From contig CAZPUN010000018.1 in assembly GCA_964589775.1 (NCBI GenBank), forward strand, positions 1 to 32,000: a DNA stretch of 32,000 nucleotides, read 5' to 3'. The notes under the pieces were generated by a model. It saw nothing but the letters and a program-made list of their open reading frames with translations, was not told the origin of the DNA and did not search any database. Below are positions 26,699 to 32,000 of the stretch, piece by piece. Position 1 is the stretch's first letter, and the number at the start of each line of letters is the position of its first letter. This DNA is from an uncultured archaeon. GTDB lineage: Archaea > Asgardarchaeota > Thorarchaeia > Thorarchaeales > CAZPUN01. The position numbers and the translations under genes are program-made.

Positions 26699-29392
26699 TT
26701 ATTTTCCTTCAATCATAGCTAGTGCAATTTCTTGCAAAGCCCAACTAAGATATGTTGATATATCTTTACGCGAGAATGTTTCTTTTATGCGTTTCTTCGC
26801 ATCTTCAATATACTTATCGCGTTCAGCTGGTGGAGCTCTGGGATTAAATCCACTTAGGTACATACGAAGTGTTTTATGCCAGTCATCAATCTCATCTAGT
26901 TTTCGGCGCCAACGCTCTCGAAGAGCTTGAATTTCTTCATAAGTACCTAGTAATTCAGATAACATACGAGCTTTCAAAAGATTTTCTTCTGCTTGCTCTA
27001 ACTGATTAAGTGGAAAGATTATTTCACTGAAATCGGATTTGTGCTTAGAATACACTCGTTGAACAGTACTGTAATAAGTAGTAGCAGCACGCAATTGCGC
27101 CTCGTAATCTTCTTTTTCCTTTTGATGTATATCTTTCAAGATCTTAAGCATCTCGTCTTGAATATTCGCAAGAGTTAAACATGTATCGAGCAATGGTTTA
27201 ATGCTTCGAGATTTCATTTCTAGCTGCGAAGGTACTTGATCAAGTAATCCTTTTAATTTTGCAATAATGTCAGGATCTACTTTATTACCCATGAGATCTA
27301 CCGCTTTTGTAAGTTGCGCCCATGAATCACGAGCCTTGTTTACGATTTTCTGCCTTAGTTCTGGAGCGGAGGTTATATTGGATAGTTCATCAAAAGCTGT
27401 TGCTGCAGCCTCAACATCAGAATATGACTTTGCACGAATTTCTTCGATCTTTTTAAGCTCCTCTTTTACATCAACACCAATTAATTCAGCCTTTTGTAGC
27501 AAATTAATTATATTGCCCATTTCAGAGTCCAGAATCGAGATAACAGAGCCTGCAATGTTCTTCTCATAGAGTTCGATCATCTTACGGGCAATCTTAGGTG
27601 CTTCAGACATTGAATTTATCGTAATGCCTAGATTACTAAGTTCATTGACAGCCTCAAGCATTTTCTCTGGAATCTCTAGACCCGCATTTAACAATCGGGT
27701 GTTAGCCAAACGAACTTTAACTGTAAGGCGATACCTAAGATTTTCCAATGCATCCTGAGCTTTTACGATTCCAGATTCTTTAACAGTTTTAAGATGATTT
27801 CGAATGGATTGGAAACTATTAAGCGTATCTAGAACATGTAATCCAGTATCCAAATGTGAAATTACAGGAACAAAGATATCCGCATATGCAGGCTTAATTG
27901 TCTGAAAGCCTTCTATCAAAGACATCAATTCTTGCTTTGAAGCATCTTTGAAATTATCAAGTCCTGAATTCACAGCGGCAATTAGATTCTTGAGTGAGGC
28001 AATAAGATAAACTAATGAAACATCTTGTTTGTCTATTTTCGGAATCTTTTTCATAAGTGTAGAAGTATCTAATACACCTTGTGCAGATGCCAATAATTCA
28101 TTTAGCTTTTCAGTGTAATTCTTAATTTCATTCATTACTATTTTTCGAATGTTTTCTAAGAAATCAGTACCACGAAGGTAAAATTTGACAAGCTCTGAAA
28201 TATTTGCTTTCTCAATTTTTTCTTCTACATTATCGACAAATTCTTTTACTTCATTAATATTGGGATATTCAATTAAGTCTTGGTTCTTTATGGCAGCATT
28301 TAGCTCGCTAATTATTGTAGATACTTTTTCTTTCAGAGCAATTCTAACACTAGATTGCCATTCAAGCATCTTTTGATAACCCATAAGCACAATATTTGGA
28401 TCATCAGTCTGAAGATTTTCTTGTGGTGGAGGTGGAATAACTTCGGATGTAGTCGGAATTCCGCCTTCTGCAATTAGGGAGGTTGTTTCATGCTTGATGT
28501 TGATAATTCGGTCTTGAATTAATCTAATTAACTTGGACTTTGCACTCTCATATTGCTGTTCTAATGAAAGCAATGTTGTAAGATTACTAGTCTTAGAAGC
28601 ATCACGTGCAATTAATCGTAAGGATTGTATGAAATCAATTGGAAGTTCAATTCCAAGGCGTGAAGCGGTCTCAGCTGATGCCTGAAGTGATTCTACATTA
28701 ATAATAATATTACCAGAAAGTGCTTTTCCTACTTCACCCTTTCGACCATCAAGGTATTTCTGCTCCACCAGAAGAGTTTCACGCATATCCAGTAAATCCT
28801 CAAGGCGGGTTTCAGCAATAGTCTCACGTGATGATGTAATTGGTACTTCTCCACGATCTATCTTTATGTGTCGATCATATGTATCCAATGTTCTCTTATT
28901 TTCATCAAGTAGAACCTTGAGATCCTTAATCAAACTCGAGATTAATTGCGAATAAATTTTTTCAAACGCAAATGCAAATTCATGTACAAGTTTCAAATCA
29001 TTATCATCAATACATGCGACATCTGGAAATGCAAGAGATTCCAATTGTCTTGCATATTGTGCATTGAACTCTCTAATTCGAGGTAATAGATCTCGAACTT
29101 CACGGTAACGTCTCTTTAAACGGTCATGGGCTAAACGTAATGTTTCGTAAAAGTCTGTTTCAAAATCGCCAGACATTTTATTTAGGCTTTCTTCTAATTT
29201 TTTCTTCTTTAAGAAATTAAGACCTGATGTTGATTTTATTTCGCGCTCAAGTTTGTCCAGCTTACTATATATAGTATAAAGGTTGCGCATCGCAGTTTCA
29301 ACTGCTTCGTTACCATCAGGATTTACAGTGTTCAGAGCACTCCTTATCTCAGAAAGTGTATCAATATTCTTTCGGTATCTTCGTAATTCCAA
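26699..29392 (-). CDS. Large all-helical repeat (rod-like) protein; first gene of the tubulin-like operon
   Basis: About 897 aa from TTG 29392 (SD-like AGGCGGG; ORF track start 29497). No Walker motif or TM segment; helix-cap motif recurring every 61-80 aa. Confidence 0.85.
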   Translation of the reverse strand: MELRRYRKNIDTLSEIRSALNTVNPDGNEAVETAMRNLYTIYSKLDKLEREIKSTSGLNFLKKKKLEESLNKMSGDFETDFYETLRLAHDRLKRRYREVRDLLPRIREFNAQYARQLESLAFPDVACIDDNDLKLVHEFAFAFEKIYSQLISSLIKDLKVLLDENKRTLDTYDRHIKIDRGEVPITSSRETIAETRLEDLLDMRETLLVEQKYLDGRKGEVGKALSGNIIINVESLQASAETASRLGIELPIDFIQSLRLIARDASKTSNLTTLLSLEQQYESAKSKLIRLIQDRIINIKHETTSLIAEGGIPTTSEVIPPPPQENLQTDDPNIVLMGYQKMLEWQSSVRIALKEKVSTIISELNAAIKNQDLIEYPNINEVKEFVDNVEEKIEKANISELVKFYLRGTDFLENIRKIVMNEIKNYTEKLNELLASAQGVLDTSTLMKKIPKIDKQDVSLVYLIASLKNLIAAVNSGLDNFKDASKQELMSLIEGFQTIKPAYADIFVPVISHLDTGLHVLDTLNSFQSIRNHLKTVKESGIVKAQDALENLRYRLTVKVRLANTRLLNAGLEIPEKMLEAVNELSNLGITINSMSEAPKIARKMIELYEKNIAGSVISILDSEMGNIINLLQKAELIGVDVKEELKKIEEIRAKSYSDVEAAATAFDELSNITSAPELRQKIVNKARDSWAQLTKAVDLMGNKVDPDIIAKLKGLLDQVPSQLEMKSRSIKPLLDTCLTLANIQDEMLKILKDIHQKEKEDYEAQLRAATTYYSTVQRVYSKHKSDFSEIIFPLNQLEQAEENLLKARMLSELLGTYEEIQALRERWRRKLDEIDDWHKTLRMYLSGFNPRAPPAERDKYIEDAKKRIKETFSRKDISTYLSWALQEIALAMIEGK

Positions 29393-29629
29393 CGCATTTA
29401 CCCGCCTTTCTTTTTTTTGACCTTTAGAACCTTTATTGAAATTAACATATTTAACTCTTTCAGATTTTAAGCACGCACTATTAAAGTATAGATTCATACT
29501 TCCATATAGGTATAACGTTTTTATTTCAATTAATCCGAAAGTACTAATAAATTAAACTATCAACATTGCTGTGCATCAATAATTTTTTATGGATAATTAT
29601 GTGCATTAACATAAAATTAGCTCAGGTCG

Positions 29630-30697
29630 TTGAAAACAAAAATGATTAGAAAACCAAAAGATAGAGATTTTATTCAAACACAAGAAGATCTCTTTTTCTG
29701 TATTGTTGATTATATTCATCCAGAGAATTATTATACAGCATATCTAAAATATATACCCTCAGATAAAGGGAAATGGCAATTTGGAGATACTCATTATTGG
29801 AGAGTATTGAATTTTTATCATGTATTTAATGTTGAAAAAACATTTGAATTTCTGAAAGAAAGATTTCCACATTATATCAGACATGATAAGTTCAGACATA
29901 TCGAAATGTCTATGGTTCCAAAGGAGAAAATAAAACAGTATTTTATCCCTGAAAACCGCTTTGCAACTATTGTAAATTCTCCAAAAAATAGATTAGAAAA
30001 AGACGCCATAGAAATCGCGGACAAAATCGCAAATGATGCAGGACTTGAGCTTAAGAATTTCGGAATTACAGGGTCTATTTTAATTGGGCTTGCAAATGAA
30101 AAGTTTTCAGATGTGGATCTTACAGTATATGGATTAAAGGAATCCCACAAAGTAAAACATGCATTAATAGAAATTAAGAATAAAAAGGATACAATTTATA
30201 AAATGCCCAGAGAACGCCAAGAAAAATGGATCATGGATAAACAAAAACAATTTGGCATACCTTATTCGCTATCAAAATATCTGTTAGATATGAAATGGAA
30301 TTATGGAATATTACAAAATAGGCGATACTTCTCAATTCATCCAATACGAAAAGATAATGAAATAAATGAAAAGTACGGCGAAAAGGAATATATTGATCTT
30401 GGATATATAAAAATCAAGGCGACTATCGTTGATGATAGCGAGGCAGTATTCTTACCAGCTATTTATAAAATAGAAAATGTTGAGATAATAGAAGGACCCA
30501 AAGTTGATAATCTTGTTAAAATAGTTTCATATGAAGGACTTTTTGGTGACATAACTACAAAAGATATGAAAATTATAGCCGCTGGAAAATTGGAGAAAGT
30601 AATTTGCAAAAATAAGACATATTACCGCGTAGTCTTGGGTGCAGGAGGCTTGAAAAAACCACAGTACATGGGACCTATGGAGTTGATTAATGCATGA
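29630..30697 (+). CDS. Pol-beta-superfamily nucleotidyltransferase, uncharacterised archaeal family (COG1665-like), copy 1
   Basis: FGITGSILIG...SDVDLTVYG; N-terminal DFI...HP...LKYIP; beta-rich C-terminal domain (FLPAIY...GKLE). Start TTG 29630 or ATG 29642. Confidence 0.8.
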   Translation: MKTKMIRKPKDRDFIQTQEDLFFCIVDYIHPENYYTAYLKYIPSDKGKWQFGDTHYWRVLNFYHVFNVEKTFEFLKERFPHYIRHDKFRHIEMSMVPKEKIKQYFIPENRFATIVNSPKNRLEKDAIEIADKIANDAGLELKNFGITGSILIGLANEKFSDVDLTVYGLKESHKVKHALIEIKNKKDTIYKMPRERQEKWIMDKQKQFGIPYSLSKYLLDMKWNYGILQNRRYFSIHPIRKDNEINEKYGEKEYIDLGYIKIKATIVDDSEAVFLPAIYKIENVEIIEGPKVDNLVKIVSYEGLFGDITTKDMKIIAAGKLEKVICKNKTYYRVVLGAGGLKKPQYMGPMELINA

Positions 30698-31680
30698 AGA
30701 AACGAAAGCCAATAGACGGCGATGCAATTCTCACAAATGATGGGTTTTTATTTTACACATTTGGATATGAGCATCCAAAAGGTCGATATTATGGATTCCT
30801 AAAATATATTCCAATAGATTATCAAAAATTATTCAATATTGAATGGTTACCCACAAAATGGATTCTTAATGGGCATACTGTAGTTAGACCGGCTGAGCTA
30901 TATAGTCCTAGATCATATAGAGAAATATTAAACACGTTAAAAGGACATTTCCAGAAATATATTTGGTTTAATGATGATTTAAAAAAAGAAATGATTACGG
31001 TTCCTGAAAATGAAATTGAAAAAATTTATCGTCCTAATGAATCACTCATGAAATTGTATAACAAAAAAGAAAAAGACAAGTTAGAAATAGCAGCAATACA
31101 AATAATTGAATTACTTGCAGAACATTCAGGGGTTTCAATATCAAATTTTGGAATCCATGGTTCAATAAGCTTAGGGTCACATGACCCGGATAGAAGCGAT
31201 GTAGACATTTCAGTATATGGGGCTTTAAACTTCAGGCAAGTTTTAGATTCAATGAAAGCACTTGAAAAGAACAAAATTATACAGATAAGTAGAAGAAATG
31301 ATATAGAGCGAATTAAACAAAATACCGCATTTTATAAAAACACACGGTTTGTAGTAAATGCTACTAGACTACCAGAAGAAATTCCCAGATATGATAGAAC
31401 ACACTATGCAATCGGAATTATTTCTGCAGTTTGTAAAGTTATAGATGATATGGAATCAGTTTTTAGACCAGCCATATATAATGTAAAATGCGAAAATCAA
31501 ACAATTAATGTTCCAATTAAAAATGTTGTAAGCAATATAGGAATGCATAGATTCCTAGCAAAGAAAAATGATAAAATTAGGGTTAAAGGAATATTGGAAA
31601 AAATACATGAAAATAATAAAAAATACTATGAAATAGTAATAGGAACAGGAGCTCCAGATGAATTCTTTAAAGTGCTGTGA
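30694..31680 (+). CDS. Pol-beta-superfamily nucleotidyltransferase (COG1665-like), copy 2
   Basis: FGIHGSISLG...SDVDISVYG; HP...LKYIP; FRPAIY...GILE; ATGA overlap with copy 1. Confidence 0.8.
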   Translation: MKKRKPIDGDAILTNDGFLFYTFGYEHPKGRYYGFLKYIPIDYQKLFNIEWLPTKWILNGHTVVRPAELYSPRSYREILNTLKGHFQKYIWFNDDLKKEMITVPENEIEKIYRPNESLMKLYNKKEKDKLEIAAIQIIELLAEHSGVSISNFGIHGSISLGSHDPDRSDVDISVYGALNFRQVLDSMKALEKNKIIQISRRNDIERIKQNTAFYKNTRFVVNATRLPEEIPRYDRTHYAIGIISAVCKVIDDMESVFRPAIYNVKCENQTINVPIKNVVSNIGMHRFLAKKNDKIRVKGILEKIHENNKKYYEIVIGTGAPDEFFKVL

Positions 31681-32000
31681 CTATTCAAATAGTTTAATGA
31701 CTTGCTCGAAATAATTAGGACCATATGTCAATACAAGTTGGTAATAATCACGTGTTTTTGTAAATACATGTTCGACCATGCCATAAGCATAGCCAATCTC
31801 GTCTTTGAATAATTGCATTCGAAATTCTTCAACGTAATTGACAATACGTTCGATTTCATATTGCGTTATACCATCAATAACATCCAATACTTCAATTCCA
31901 TAAACAGTAGGCATGAATCCATTTCCTAAATCATTAATCACGCGGAATTTAATACCCGTCCATCCAACTTTCTTAATATCAACAATTTCATTATATTCAT
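31681..32000 (-). CDS. C-terminal part of a third paralogue of the same nucleotidyltransferase family (5' end beyond the window)
   Basis: Frame is open to the right edge: EYNEIVDIKKVGWTGIKFRVINDLGNGFMPTVYGIE...IVNY...GMVEHV...YYQLVL aligns with copy 1 EKYGEKEYIDLGYIKIKATIVDDSEAVFLPAIYKIE...IVSY...GKLEKV...YYRVVL. Confidence 0.75.
   Translation of the reverse strand, partial: EYNEIVDIKKVGWTGIKFRVINDLGNGFMPTVYGIEVLDVIDGITQYEIERIVNYVEEFRMQLFKDEIGYAYGMVEHVFTKTRDYYQLVLTYGPNYFEQVIKLFE

Noticed and set aside
26699-29497. SMC/Rad50 or dynamin-like identity for the giant helical protein
   Set aside because: No Walker A/B, ABC signature, CxxC hook or GTPase motif is visible.
29393-29497. 35-codon N-terminal extension in the ORF track
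   Set aside because: It contains an A-tract, an SD-like element before TTG 29392 and a TATA-like TTAAATA (29448-29454, minus strand), so it is probably promoter/UTR.
800-31274. Numerous 60-160 aa antisense or alternative-frame ORFs (e.g. 800-1048, 6427-6843, 19010-19429, 22374-22853, 24352-24783)
   Set aside because: They are shadows of well-supported genes, Ser/Ile/Phe-rich and without motifs.
29630-31680. CBASS cyclase or MNT-HEPN toxin-antitoxin interpretation of the nucleotidyltransferases
   Set aside because: No effector, HEPN or Cap2/Cap3 genes are nearby, and the domain layout differs from CD-NTases and minimal MNTs.
1-32000. CRISPR arrays, tRNA/rRNA genes, IS elements, integrases
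   Set aside because: Intergenic gaps are short (at most about 265 bp) and AT-rich, with no spaced direct repeats, cloverleaf or transposase motifs seen.

Overview
Gene-dense, AT-rich archaeal chromosomal DNA. I infer an Asgard archaeon from the B1-type polymerase, a Vps28-like domain and a tubulin-like protein. I saw no rRNA, tRNA, CRISPR array or mobile element. Left to right: archaeal CoA biosynthesis operon (pok-pps-panE-coaBC, cut by the left edge), small Zn-ribbon protein, PPC/DUF296 protein, PolB1, a tail-anchored ORF, GAN/Cdc45-like RecJ, a group 3b [NiFe] hydrogenase operon with maturation protease, aRF1, UvrC, a coiled-coil/Vps28-CTD-like protein, a DtxR-family regulator with tandem palindromic operators and a Zn/Mn ABC transporter, type 2 IPP isomerase, a three-gene minus-strand operon, and three adjacent paralogous Pol-beta-type nucleotidyltransferases. 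The three-gene operon (24231-29392) is the best candidate for an undescribed system. It encodes a ~900-aa rod-like protein of about 11 degenerate ~66-aa helical repeats, a divergent tubulin-superfamily GTPase with FtsZ/CetZ-like N-terminal loops plus tubulin-like T4/T7 contexts and an H12-like C-terminal helix, and a two-domain helical protein with a Pro-rich linker. All family calls come from motifs and by-eye comparison with reference sequences recalled from memory. No searches were run, so novelty is unverified.
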